Source: Balanoglossus misakiensis
Taxonomy: Eukaryota; Animalia; Hemichordata
Reading direction: 5' to 3'
DNA length: 64,000 bases
Assembly: GCA_040954595.2 (NCBI GenBank)
Contig: CM082578.2
Span: 1,036,831 to 1,100,830 of the forward strand
Under the pieces are notes generated by a model that was not told the DNA's origin, did not search any database, and was given only the letters and a program-made list of their open reading frames with translations. Position numbers and translations under genes: made by a program. How positions within the stretch are numbered: position 1 is the first letter of the stretch; each line of letters begins with the position of its first letter. This document shows positions 49,457 to 63,187 of this stretch, piece by piece.

Positions 49457-52400
49457 CTGTCTTTCTTTCTTTCTTTCTTTATTCTTGGTTCCATTCTTTA
49501 TCGCTCTAGATCTCAAACACTGCTGCAGGTACAGTTCTCAAACTTGCTACAGTGGTCAAGGTCAATGAGTAGATGTGCAGTGATTTGTGAATACTTAATT
49601 AGTCATGTGACATGGCGGCCATCTTGGATTTTCTGAAAAAATGCAAATCTCAGATCTCAGAAACTACAAGTCAGATCGACTTCAAATTTGGCATGCTCGT
49701 AGACTACCTTTTGCCCATCATTTTTGTAATTGGAAATTATGCTGACAAAGTTGCAGTTTTTTTGCTACAATTTTTTTTCTGAAATCTGGCCTAAATTTCA
49801 AAAATCTTCTTCTCCAGAACCGGTGATAACCGAGACACAGGGTTTGGGGTATGTGGTCACCTAACTGATGTCTATCAAGTTTGCGAAGATCATTGTGATT
49901 GGTCGAAGATTATGGCGGCCATATTGGATTTTCGAAAAACCCTAGTAAAATTTGAAAAATCTTCTACTCAAGAACCGGCCATAACCGAGTCACAAGATTT
50001 GGTGTGTGTGGTCATTAAACAGATGTCTATCAAGTTTGCGAAGATCAATGTGATTGGTCGAAGATTATGGCGGCCATATTGGATTTTGTGAAAAACGATT
50101 AAAAAGTAAAAATTCCCTTTCTAGCCTAATAATTGATAGCACAGAAATTCTTTTTATGGATATGAATCATCATATGACAAGAATAAGCTATAAATATTTT
50201 GGTAATTTTGGCAATGACCTTTGACCTACTTTTGACGCATCATTTTTCTGCATATCTAATTCCAGGCTAACCAATAGGGCTATAAGTTTGGTTTTTGATG
50301 TATGTGGATTTGTATGTGATCAAATAATTTCGCTACTTTTCATGACCACTTTGACCTCTGCTGACCTCATTAAATATGCGCATACCTAATTACAGATTAA
50401 CCAATAGACCTAAAGGTTTGAGTTTTTTTGGACATGGATCAGTATGGGGTCAAAATATTTTGCCCAAATGTTGGGTGACCTCCGGTGACCTTTGACCTAC
50501 TTTTGAATATCTCGGCATCCAAAGCAGGTACAGCCTTGGCATTCGGAGATATGGGGCCATTATGAAAAGCCAAAGTTTTGGGTCACCTGTGACCTCTGCT
50601 GACCTCATTAATTATGTGCATAACTAATTACAGGCGAACCAATAGAGCTAGAGGTCTGGTTTTTATTGGACATGGACCACTATGGGTAAAAATTTTCTGC
50701 CCAAATTTTGGGTGACCTCAGATGACCTTTGACCTACTTTTGCATATCTCGGCATCCAAAGCAGGTACAGCCTTGGCATTTGGAGATATGGGGCCATAAT
50801 GAAAAGCCAAAGTTTTGGGTCACCTGTGACACCTGCTTAACTCATTATTTATGTGCATACCTAATTCCGGGCTAACCAAAAGGGCTAGAGGTCTGGTTTT
50901 TGTTGGACATGGACCACTATGGGTCAAAATATTCTCCCCAAATTGTGGGTGACCCCTGGGTGACCTTTGCCCTACTTAACACTATATCAGCACCAAACAT
51001 AGATATAACCTTGATATTTCTTGGGATAAAACACAGCATTATATTTCTACACATTAATTATGTGCATATCTAATAATCAGATCAGATAATAGAGCTTGGG
51101 CCCGGACAATGCTGCTTGCAGCTTTAATCTTTCTTTCTTTCTTTCTTTCTTTATTCTTGTGTCATTTCTTTGTCGCTCTAGATCTCAGACACCGCTGCAG
51201 GTACACTTCTCAAACTTGCTACAGTGGTCAAGGTCAATGGGTAGTCGTGCATTGAACTCTTGAATTTTTAATTAGTCACGTGACATGGCGGCCATATTGG
51301 ATTTTCTGAAAAAATGCAAATCTCAGATCTCAGAAACTACAAGTCAGATTTACTTCAGATTTGGTGTGCTGGTAGTGTACCTTCTGCCCATCATTTTTGT
51401 AATTGGATATTTTGCTGTCAATGTTGCAATTTTTTTGCTACAATTTTTTTTCTGAAATCTGGTCAAAATTTCAAAAATCTTCTTCTCCAGAACCGGCGAT
51501 AACCGAGTCACGCGGTTTGGGGTATGTGGTCACCAAACTGAGGTCTATCAAGTTTGCGAAGATCATTGTGATTGGTCGAAGATTATGGCGGCCATATTGG
51601 ATTTTCGAAAAACCCTAGTAAAATTTCAAAAATCTTCTTCTCAAGAACCGGCGATAACTGAGTCACAAGATTTGGTGTGTGTGGTCATTAAACAGATGTC
51701 TATCAAGTTTGCGAAGATGAATGTGATTGGTCGAAGATTATGGCGGCCATATTGGATTTTGTGAAAAACGATTAAAAAGTAAAAATTCCCTTTCCAGCCT
51801 AAAAATTGATAGATCAGAAATTCTTTTTAATGGATATGAATCATCATATGCCAAGAATAAGCTATAAATATTTAGGTAATTTTGGCAATGACCTTTGACC
51901 TACTTTTGACGCATCATTTTTCTGCATATCTAATTCCAGGCTAACCAATAGGGCTATAAGTTTGGTTTTTGATGTATGTGGATTTGTATGTGATCAAAAA
52001 ATTTTGCTACTTTTCATAACCCCTTTGACCTCTGTTGACCTCATTAAATATGCACATACCTAATTAATGATGAACCAATAGACCTAGAGGTTTTGTTTTT
52101 GTTATACATGGACCAGTATGGGGTCAAAATATTTTGCCCAAATGTTGGGTGACCTCGGGTGACCTTTGACCTACTTTTGCATATCTCGACATCCACACCA
52201 GATACAGCCTTGGCGTTTGGAGGTATGGGGCCATAATGAAAAGCCAAAGTTTTGGGTCACCTGTGACACCTGCTTAACTCATTATTTATGTGCATACCTA
52301 ATTCCGGGCTAACCAAAAGGGCTAGAGGTCTGGTTTTTGTTGGACATGGACCACTATGGGTCAAAATTTTCTGCCCAAATTGTGGGTGACCTCTGGGTGA

Positions 52401-55400
52401 CCTTTGACCTACTTAACACTATATCAACACCAAACATAGATATAACCTTGATATTTCATGGGATAAAACACAGCATTATGTTTCTACTCATTAATTATGT
52501 GCATATCTAATAATCAGATCAGATAATAGAGCTTGGGCCCGGACAATGCTGCTTGCAGCTTTAATTATTATTAGGGCCCAAGCGCAAGCCAGCGCTTGGG
52601 CCCTATTGGTTTCGTTGGGGTTTTTCAGTCTTTCTTTCTTTCTTTCCTTCTTTATTCTTGGTTCCATTTTTCGGCCACCTAAATCTCAAAAACTGCATCA
52701 CCAAAAAGGCTGAAACTTGGTAGGCAGATAGGGGCCAATGAGTAGATGTGCAGTGGCTCGTGAATATTTAATTAGTCACGTGACCTGGCGGCCATATTGG
52801 ATTTTCTGAAAAAATGCAAATCTCAGATCTCAGAAACTACAAGTCAGATCGACTTCAAATGTGGTGTGCAGCTAGTATACCTTATGCCCATCATTTTTGT
52901 AATTGGATATTATGCTGTCAATGTTGCAGTTTTTTTGCTACAGTTGTTTTTCTGAAATCTGGTCAAAATTTCAAAAATCTTCTTCTCCAGAACCAGCGAT
53001 AACCGAGTCATGCCATTTGGGGTATGTGGTCACCTAACTGATGTCTATCAAGTTTGCGAAGATCATTGTGATTGGTCGAAGATTATGGCGGCCATATTGG
53101 ATTTTCGAAAAAACCATTGTAAAATTTCAAAAATCTTCTTCTCAAGAACCGGCGATAACCGAGTCACAAGATTTGGTGTGTGTGGTCATTCAACAGATGT
53201 CTATCAAGTTTGCGAAGGGGAATGTGATTGGTCGAAGATTATGGCGGCCATATTGGATTTTGTGAAAAACGATTAAAAAGTAAAAATTCCTTTTCTAGCC
53301 TAAAAATTGATAGCACAGAAATTCTTTTGATGGATATGAATCATCATATGACAAGAATAAGCTATAAATATTTTGGTAATTTTGGCAATGACCTTTGACC
53401 TACTTTTGACGCATCATTTTTCGGCATATCTAATTCCAGGCTAACCAATAGGGCTATAAGTTTGGTTTTTGATGTATGTGGATTTGTATGTGAACAAAAA
53501 TTTTTGCTACTTTTCATGACCCCTTTGACCTCTGCTGACCTCATTAAATATGCGCATACCTAATTAATGATGAACCAATAGACCTAGAGGTTTTGTTTTT
53601 GTTATACATGGAGCAGTATGGGGTCAAAATATTTTGCCCAAATGTTGGGTGACCTCGGGTGACCTTTGACCTACTTTTGCATATCTCGACATCCACACCA
53701 GATACAGCCTTGGCGTTTGGAGGTATGGGGCCATAATGAAAAGCCAAAGTTTTGGGTCACCTGTGACACCTGCTTAACTCATTATTTATGTGCATACCTA
53801 ATTCCGGGCTAACCAAAAGGGCTAGAGGTCTGGTTTTTGTTGGACATGGACCACTATGGGTCAAAATTTTCTGCCCAAATTGTGGGTGACCTCTGGGTGA
53901 CCTTTGACCTACTTAACACTATATCAGCACTAAACATAGATATAACCTTGATATTTCATGGGATAAAACACAGCATTATGTTTCTACTCATTAATTATGT
54001 GCATATCTAATAATCAGATCAGATAATAGAGCTTGGGCCCGGACAATGCTGCTTGCAGCTTTAATTACGGGCCCAAGCCAAGCCAGGCTTGGGCCCGTAT
54101 TGGTTTCGCTGGGGTTTTTCTGTCTTTCTTTCTTTCTTTAGGGCCCAAGCGCAAGCCAGCGCTTGGGCCCTATTGGTTTCGTTGGGGTTTTTCTGTCTTT
54201 CCTTCTTTCTTTCTTCTTTCTTTATTCTTCTGTCAATTCTTTGTCGCTCTAGATCTCAGACACCACTGCAGGTACAGTTCTCAAACTTGCTACAGTGGTC
54301 AAGGTCAATGAGTAGTCGTGCATTGAACCCATGAATTTTTAATTAGTCACATGACCTGGCGGCCATCTTGGATTTTCTGAAAAAATGCAAATCTCAGATC
54401 TCAGAAACTACAAGTCAGATCAACTTCAAATTTGGCGTGCAGGTAGACTACCTTCTGTCAATCATTTTTGTAATTGGAAATTATGCTGACAAAGTTGCAG
54501 TTTTTTTGCTACAATTTTTTTTCTGAAATCTGGCTTAAATTTCAAAAATCTTCTTCTCCAGAACCGGTGATAACCGAGACACGGGGTTTGGGGTATGTGG
54601 TCACCTAACTGATGTCTATCAAGTTTGCGAAGATCATTGTGATTGGTCGAAGATTATGGCGGCCATATTGGATTTTCGAAAAACCCTAGTAAAATTTCAA
54701 AAAATCTTCTTCTCAAGAACCGGCGATAACCGAGTCGCAAGATTTGGTGTGTGTGTTCATTAAACAGATGTCTATCAAGTTTGGGAAGAGGAATGTGATT
54801 GGTCGAAGATTATGGCGGCCATATTGGATTTTGTAAAAAGCAGTGAAAAATTAAAATTCCTTTTTCTAGTATAAAAATTAATAGCATACAAATTCTTTTT
54901 ATGGATATCAATCGTCATATGACTACAATATGTTACAAATTTTTGGCGATTTTTCACATGACCTTTGACCTACTTTTCACACATTATTATTTCTGCATAT
55001 CTATTTCCAGGCTAACCTATAGGGCTAGACGTTTTGTTTTTGATGCATGTGGATTAGTGTGTGATCAAAATATTTTGCTACTTTTCATGACCCCTTTGAC
55101 CTCTGCTGACCTCATTAATTATGTGCATAGCTAATTACAGGCGAACCAATTGAGCTAGAGGTTTGGTTTTTGTGGGACATGAACCAGTATTGGGTCAAAT
55201 TTTTTTGCCCAAATGTTGGGTGACCTCGGATGACCTTTGACCTACTTTTGCATATCTCGACATCCACAGCAGATACAGCCTTGGCGTTTGGAGGTATGGG
55301 GCCATAATGAAAAGCCAAAGTTTTGGGTCACCTGTGACACCTGCTTAACTCATTATTTATGTGCATACCTAATTCCGGGCTAACCAAAAGGGATAGAGGT

Positions 55401-57935
55401 CTGGTTTTTGTTGGACATGGACCACTATGGGTCAAAATTTTCTGCCCAAATTGTGGGTGACCTCTGGGTGACCTTTGACCTACTTAACACTATATCAACA
55501 CCAAACATAGATATAACCTTGATATTTCATGGGATAAAACACAGCATTATGTTTCTACTCATTAATTATGTGCATAGCTAATAATCTGATCAGATAATAC
55601 AGCTTGGGCCCGGACAATGCTGCTTGCAGCTTTAATTATTCTTGGTTCCATTCTTTATCGCTCTAGATCTCAGACACCGCTGCAGGTACAGTTCTCAAAC
55701 TATCTACAGTGGTCAAGGTCAATGAGTAGATGTGCAGTGACTTGTGAATACTTAATTAGTCACGTGACATGGCGGCCATCTTGGATTTTCTGAAAAAATG
55801 CAAATCTCAGATCTCAGAAACTACAAGTGAGATCGACTTCAAATTTGGCATGCTGGTAGACTACCTTCTGCCCATCATTTTTGTAAGTGGAAATTATGCT
55901 GACAAAGTTGCAGTTTTTTTGCTACAGTTGTTTTTCTGAAATCTGGCCTAAATTTCAAAAATCTTCTTCTCCAGAACCGGTGATAACCGAGACACGGGGT
56001 TTGGGTTATGTGGTCACCTAACTGATGTCTATCAAGTTTGCGAAGATCATTGTGATTGGTCCAAGATTATGGCGGCCATATTGGATTTTCGAAAAACCAT
56101 AGTAAAATTTGAAAAATCTTCTACTCAAGAACCGGCGATAACCGAGTCACAAGATTTGGTGTGTGTGTTCATTAAACAGATGTCTATCAAGTTTGCAAAG
56201 AGGAATGTGATTGGTCGAAGATTATGGCGGCCATATTGGATTTTGTGAAAAACGATTAAAAAGTAAAAATGCCCTTTCTAGCCTAAAAATTGATAGCACA
56301 GAAATTCTTTTTATGGATATGAATCATCATATGACAAGAATAAGCTATAAATATTTTGGTAATTTTGGCAATGACCTTTGACCTACTTTTGATGCATCAT
56401 TTTTCTGCATATCTAATTCCAGGCTAACCAATAGGGCTATAAGTTTGGTTTTTGATGTATGTGGATTTGTATGTGATCAAAACATTTTGCTACTTTTCAT
56501 GACCCCTTTGACCTCTGGTGACCTCATTAAATATGCGCATACCTAATTAATGATGAACCAATAGACCTAGAGGTTTTGTTTTTGTTATACATAGACCAGT
56601 ATGGGGTCAAAATATTTTGCCCAAATGTTGGGTGACCTCGGGTGACCTTTGACCTACTTAACACTATATTAGCATCAGATCAGATAATAGAGCTTGGGCC
56701 CGGACAATGCTGCTTGCAGCTTTAATTATTATTCTTCTTCTTCTTCCGAGAAATTCGGCCAGGTAGATCTGGAAAACCGCAGCACCTAGGGGGCTGAAAC
56801 TTGGTAGGGTGATAGGGGCCAATAAGGAGACGTGCAGTGGCTCGTGAATATTTAATTAGTCACGTGACCTGGCGGCCATATTGGATTTTCTGAAAACCAT
56901 TAAATGACTCCTTCTCAAAAACTACTGGGCCAATCGAGTTCAAATTTGGTGTGCAGGTAGCCTACCTTCTGTCCATCATTTTACCCCATTAAAATCATGA
57001 CGTCATACATAAAGTTTTTTTGCTACAATTTTTTTTCTGAAAAACTACTTAAAACTTAAAAAATCTTCTTCTCCAGAACCAGCGGTTACCGAGTCTCGGG
57101 ATTTGGGATATGTGGTCACCTAACCTATGTCTATCAAGTTTGCCAAGCGCACTGTGATTGGTCGATCATTATGGCGGCCATGTTGGATTTTCTGAAAACC
57201 ATTGAAAAATGAAAATTCTGTTTTGTAGCCAAAATGTTGACAGCACGTAAATTCTTTTTTTGGATATGAGTCATCATATGACCGGAAGTTGTTACAATTT
57301 TTCGGGGCCATTTTGACATGACCTTTGACCCAGTTTTAAAACAACTAATTATATATGCATATTCCCCATACCTCCTCTTGTAAAAGCACCACAGTCATGA
57401 ATTTTGTGGACATGGGTACCAATGCTGCCAGGACATGACACAACTATTTTGGTAATTTTGGCAATGACCCTTGACCTATTTCTGAAACATCATTTTTCTG
57501 CATATCTAATTCCAGGCTAACCAATAGGGCTAGAGGTCTGGTTTTAGTTGGACATGGCCCACTCTGGGGTCAAAATTTTATGCCCAAATTTTGGGTGACC
57601 TTGGATGACCTTTGATCTAATTTCCCATATCTCAGCATCCACAGCAGTTAGAGTCCTGGCTTTTGGAGGGCCGATGGAGCAGATATGGAGTCTTACACAA
57701 GACCTCATTAATTATGCGCATACCTAATTCTAGGCGAACCAATAGAGCTAGGTGTTTGGTTTTTGTTGGACCTAGACTAGTATGGGGTCCGATTTTTTTG
57801 CCCAAATTTGGGGTGACCTCAGGTGACTTTGACCTACTTTCCAATATCTTGGTATCCACAGCAGATACAGCCTTGGCATTTGCTTGTTACCATGGGAACC
57901 GCTTGTGCCCCGCCAACGCTGCTTGCAGCTTTAAT
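49457..57935 (+). mobile_element. Nest of six non-autonomous Helentron (HINE) bodies of 1.1-1.7 kb
   Basis: 3' ends (subTIR plus GCTGCTTGCAGC TTTAAT) at ~51128, 52565, 54065, 55636, 56726, 57935; 5' hairpin heads only at ~52571, 54065, 54138. Confidence 0.9.
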
Positions 57936-58028
57936 TTTTATTTATTCTCACATCCTTCAGTCACTTCCCTCATTTCCATAGCTGATTTTAAAGACAAAGC
58001 ACCTGAGAACAACAGGTAGTCAACTCAC

Positions 58029-58975
58029 CTATTTGGTTACCAAGGTGTCCAACACTGGAGAAGTCAATGATGATACCTCACACTGGTAATGTTTAGCAAA
58101 GGTTCTAGAAGAGGACCAATTCGCCAAACCCATAATTTGCTGTAACGAGGCTCCTCTGAAATGAAGGGCTGAAGTAACTGCTGCTCTAGTTGCATGTGCT
58201 GAGAAGACCTTGTCTATACCACTCTTCTGAAGCACCAATTTAATCCATCTTGCTATGGTACTTGGCAAAACAGGTTTTCCTGACGCAAAACTAACGAAAA
58301 GGGTCTTCTTGTGCTTGCGTAAAGACTGCACCCGACGCAAATAAGAAGCCAAATAATAGACTACACATAACCTTCGATCCTTCTTGAAGGCTGTTAAAAC
58401 AACAATTATTCTTTTCTTGGCTGGTCTGTCTGTCTTCGACAAACTAGCCGGAAGCAAAACAGCTGATCCCTTGGATAACGAAATAGACTCCAACTGGAGA
58501 TTTGCCAAATCAGAACACCGTCCTGCTGTACATAACGCAACTAACATAACAGTTTTTAATGTTAAACACTTCAGCGACAAATCCTTGGATGGCGACCAAG
58601 ACTGAAGAAAAGTCAAAACTTGCTGAACATCCCATACCTGGGTGGTCTGGATACATAAACTCCCCTCATAAACTGTGTAACAAGTGGATGATTTCCCAAA
58701 CGATATCCATCAACTGGCAAGTGCACTGAAGAGATAGCTGAACGATATACATTAATGGTGTGATACTGAAGTTGTCTATCAAGTTGGTCTGCAAGAAATT
58801 CCAACACTATAGGGATAGGCGCTGAAATAGGATCTTCCTTTTGTCTTTGACACCAACGATTCCAGCGACGCCAGGCTGACTCATACTGTTTTGCAGTGCC
58901 TCGTCTGATGCTTTGGAGGATAATTTTAGACACCCTTTCAGATATGCCTCTTGCTCGGAGAGTACACCTGAGAGC
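58029..58975 (-). pseudogene. DIRS tyrosine recombinase (SAM-like N-domain plus catalytic domain), frameshifted near 58615
   Basis: TAKQYESAWRRW..YHTINVYRSAIS..HPLVTQFMRG; GRCSDL, AHATRAA, WSSSRTFAKHY. Confidence 0.9.
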
Positions 58976-60800
58976 GGCCACACGGCTAGCAACATTTGGT
59001 TTGCGAGTGGATGATTCTGCCCTGTCAACAGATCGACTAACAGGTCTGGGACTTGTGGGAGCAATAACGGATTTTGTATCAGAAGTGAAAGCAAATCCGG
59101 ATACCAGGGTTGAGTCGTCCACACTGGGGCCACCAGAACTATGCGTGCCTTGTCCTGATGAACTTTGTGCAGAATTCTTGGAAGAAGACAAAACGGAGGA
59201 AACACATAGCCTACCAGCTTGTTCCACTGAATGGAAAATGCGTCTATTCGCCACTCTTGTGGATCTGGTTTCCAAGAGACGTAACGAGGAAGCTGTGCAT
59301 TCAGATGTGTCGCAAACAGGTCCACTTGCGGTATCCACTGTAACATCCGGAGGGCTTTCTGGAGCACAACTGGGTTGAGCTGCCATTCCAGATTGTCGTT
59401 GAATTTTCGCGAAAGGTAATCCGCCTCTTAATTGATTCTCCCCGGCAGATGCACTGCTGATAGTATAATGTTGCGCTTCAGGCACCACAACCATAGTCTG
59501 GCCGCCAACTCGCTCAGAGGCCAAGACCGAGTGCCTCCCTGACGGTTGATGTAAGACACTACTGATGTATTGTCTCACTGGACTTCGACACAGATGTCCT
59601 GCAGATGACTTGCCGGACGCTCCAATCCTCTGCAAACTGCCAGCATCTCCAGCTGATTTATGTGGAGACTCTGGTTCCACTGTCCCTGTGCCGAGTTGTG
59701 CCCGCATACTGCTCCCCATCCTCTGATGGACGAATCTGTCTGAACTATCAGTTGCGGTGTATGTGGTAGTAGGGACTTGCCATTCCACGCATGAAGACAT
59801 TCTACCCACCATCTCAACTCTGTCTTTGCTGCTCGAGAGAGACTCAATGGGGAATCGAAGCACCCTGTCAGAGCGAACACCTTCAGCTGATCTTTCTGAA
59901 GAGCCCGGTAATGAAGTGGCGCCACTGTTTTCGCCTCCAGAGCTGCTGTCATTCGCCCCAACACCTTTGCTAGGCAACGCACAGTGACCACTTCTTTTCC
60001 CAGCAACATTCTGATTGGAGTTTCTGTACCTTTTCCTGTGGGAAACTGATCGTCATGTCTATGGAGTTGATCATCATACCCAAAAACTGAACTTGCTGTT
60101 TTGGTTGAAGTTTGGATTTTTCCCAATTTACGAGGAAACCTACACTCTGCAGAAGTTGCACAGCTGTCTCTACATTCGCTTGGCCAAACTTCCTGGATTC
60201 CCCCAGGATCAGGAGGTTGTCTATATAAATTACACATCAAATACCTTGGCGACGAAACTGAGCGACGACTGGCTTCAACATTTTCGTAAAAACTCGAGGA
60301 GCACTGGCAATGCCGAACGGCAGAACTGCAAATTCGAACATCGTCTCCTTCCAAATAAACCGAAGAAACTTTCTGTGATCTACAAAAATTGGGATAGTGA
60401 AATATGCATCCTTCAGGTCTACTGTGGCCATGAAGTCGCCTGGACGAAGTTGCGCCTTGACATGCTGAAGGCCCTCCATCTTGAAGTGCTAATAAGCAAT
60501 GTGCCGATTGAGTGATTTCAGGTTGAAAACCGGGCGCCAACCTCTTGACACTTTGGGTACTAGAAATATTGTTGACACAAACTGACCTTGAACTGGTACC
60601 ACTGGATGTATTGCCGCCTTTTGTAACAAAGACTGTATTTCTGTGTCGATCAAATCTACATGGCATGACTGAACAGCCGTAACTGGTAGATGCGACTGCA
60701 CTGGTGTTGACACGAGTTCCAGCTTGTAACCTTGCACTGTTTCTAGTATCCATGGGTCTGAAGTTAGCTGCCGCCACTCTGGTGAAGAAATAAAGCTAGA
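58807..60800 (-). pseudogene. DIRS pol: reverse transcriptase, RNase H, Dam-like methyltransferase; disrupted
   Basis: WRPVFNLKSLN, DLKDAYF, LPFG, YIDN (for YxDD), FLGM; TDSS..GWG, HINQLEM; VDLFA, YVFPPF, APVWTTQPWY. In-frame stops near 60489, 60237 and 59575, frameshift near 60000. Confidence 0.92.
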
Positions 60801-60851
60801 CGACCCCCTACCTGGGGATGAGTAAGTAACTGCTCTTGATGAGGGAAAACA

Positions 60852-62166
60852 TCACTGTTTTTTGCCACGAAAGGACTGACCAGCGCCATCAGTTCTCGCA
60901 AACTTGGGTGAAGAACCATACTGTATAAACTTGGAGTATTGAGACCGCTTACCATATCCACTTTGGCCATACCTGGACTTGTAGGTAGACATGGGGCGTT
61001 TGCGGAACTGGCCTGCTGCACTTCCAGTTGACCCTTGACCCCTAGAGGTCATATCAACCACAACGTTATGGGCCTGCTTTGCCTCCTTCAGTGGCTCATC
61101 TCCAAATAATGTAGCCATGGATGGTTCCAATTTCTTCAAAGAAGCATACATATTTGGAAGCACAGATTCAAAGGCCTTCTGTCTTGCTATCTGTAGACCA
61201 CGAAAAGCACTACCGAACAGAGTAATACTAAGTTGAATGGTAGTTAGAAGAATTTGTGGATCAATTGACACCATCATGAGCCGTCTGCAAAATTTCCAAC
61301 AACGGAAACAATAAATTATCAGCAGCTTTCCGAATTCTATGGTCCTGCTGCATCATAGGTTTAGTAACTGGTTGCTTCTCCCAATGAGTAGCCAGATTTT
61401 CAGGCAGAGCAGGAGATAAGAATAATTTCTCATGTTTTGAAGACACTTCATAACGTTCCTTCATTTCCTTTTTGTCATCTGCACTCAGAGCATTTGTACG
61501 TTGCTGTATAAACCAAGACCGGACCGACTTGGAAAACTCCACACCAGTATTTCTGTCATGTGGGTTATCAAACTCACAATCTGAACTTCCAGTAGAAGAA
61601 GAATCGCCTGATGAAACTGGTGAAGCCTTAGACTTATTGTCTTTCTTCTTACCTTTCTTTCTTCTGGATTTCTCTTTCCGAAACGATGAACGGCGATGAG
61701 GTGGTGACTCGACATCCGAAGAGTCGTCTGAATCCACATCCAGTAGGAAATTAACACGACCAGCGTGTTTATCCTGTGCACGAACGTCTCGAAGAGACTC
61801 AGGGGCCACAGAAACTGGGCCTTGGCGACAGGTACAGTCACTCAATGAAGGAAGCACCTCGTGTGCACCCGAAGGACCTGCTACCCCAATGCAAGCAAGG
61901 GGAATGCCATCCGCTGCGTTCGCTTCCAGGTCCATTTCACTGGTACGGCGACCATCTCTGGCAGGACCTAACCATTTCTTCTGATTTTCAGTCAACTGTT
62001 GGACGGACTTGGCCAGGCCTGACACCATCTCCATAAGGACCTGGGACTACGGAACAGAAGAACGATTTGCTGTCCCACTATGCTGGCCTGGTGTAACATT
62101 CACAGAGTCATTAGCACTCATGTCTGCAGAACTATCTTCGACAACGGCTGCAAGCAAGTCAGTCAT
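60852..62166 (-). pseudogene. DIRS gag-like ORF1, with a premature stop at ~62047 and a frameshift near 61270
   Basis: Position upstream of pol; TLFGDE motif and basic C-terminus; ATG at 62166 after acceptor ttcttgcAG, in frame with the 62034 ORF. Confidence 0.75.
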
Positions 62167-63187
62167 GGTTCTGCAAGAACACAGAAGCATGCCTACACTA
62201 AAACGTATTAGACAAAAATAGCAAGAAAAAATTCTCAACATTTCACCACACATGTGCTCCACAAATCCAAAATGGTTGACACATGTGTATGAAAACTGAC
62301 AAAGGAAAAAAAATACATCCATCAAAAAGCTGAACAGGAAAATATACAACGTCCAAGGCAAAAATTGGGATAACATATCGGTCTAAAAATGAAATACAAA
62401 CACCTACCTGTGTTTAAAACACTCACCAACGCTCCCAGAAAAACCCAGGAGCTTCAGGAACTGTGCTACTCACTTGAAGTCGAGAGGAAAAGATGGTGGC
62501 TCGTCCGTAAGGCAGGTGTATATGGGATATTATTTAAATATTCATGTCATAGGTTATAAGTTATTTCTTTGAAAGGGCTGTGTCCACTCCGAGGTCAAGG
62601 GAAGACAGAACAGTATAGAAAACATTTTCCAATTTCCGAAAAACCTCTTTTTTACATAATTACTGCTGAAAAAGTTAGAAATTTATGAAAATATTCCTTA
62701 TTCTTTGCCAATTTCTAATGAAAAAATTACATAAAGGTATTCTTAGTCTCTTTCCTGCAGCTGTACAGCAGGAAAAATGCATTTTGTCATATTTTGGCTT
62801 TAAACTCAAATTAAAATTTATCTGTGAAAAAACTGAGTCTCCTTCAAAGCCACGTACATGACAGTCCTTTTGATTTTTTTCTAATGAAATTTTGTCTCCA
62901 TGTTTATCATGAGTAATACCGCGTACACTTGGGAATAGGTTCGGAATGAAGAGAGGGGGGCGGGATGGCCAATACTTCTTTATAAACAGTGGTTTGAACT
63001 GTGACATTTGGTAACACTGCATAATTCAAGAACAATAGCATTTGGTAGTTGTGAAGTTGTGACTTTGTATACAGAGTAGAAAGAACAATTGTCTCAGATA
63101 AACAATACCAATTCCCAATAAACAACTAGTGTATGGGCTAACTCAGAGGAGTTGGTAGGCGAAGCCTGTCATGAACATTGTGACGCT

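Larger units (their letters stand above)
57936..62625 (-). mobile_element. DIRS1-like tyrosine-recombinase retrotransposon, decayed, 3' end interrupted by the HINE nest
   Basis: gag, RT/RNase H/methyltransferase and overlapping YR in canonical order; likely 5' terminus TTTCTATACTGTTCTG near 62620. Confidence 0.9.

Noticed and set aside
51314-57859. Recurrent 60-118-aa ORFs in the HINE array
   Set aside because: Chance frames in non-coding repeats, broken in sister copies, no domain motifs
59575-60777. 400-aa and 454-aa ORFs as novel proteins
   Set aside because: They are chimeras of the DIRS ORF3 leader, RNase H and YR frames created by a frameshift
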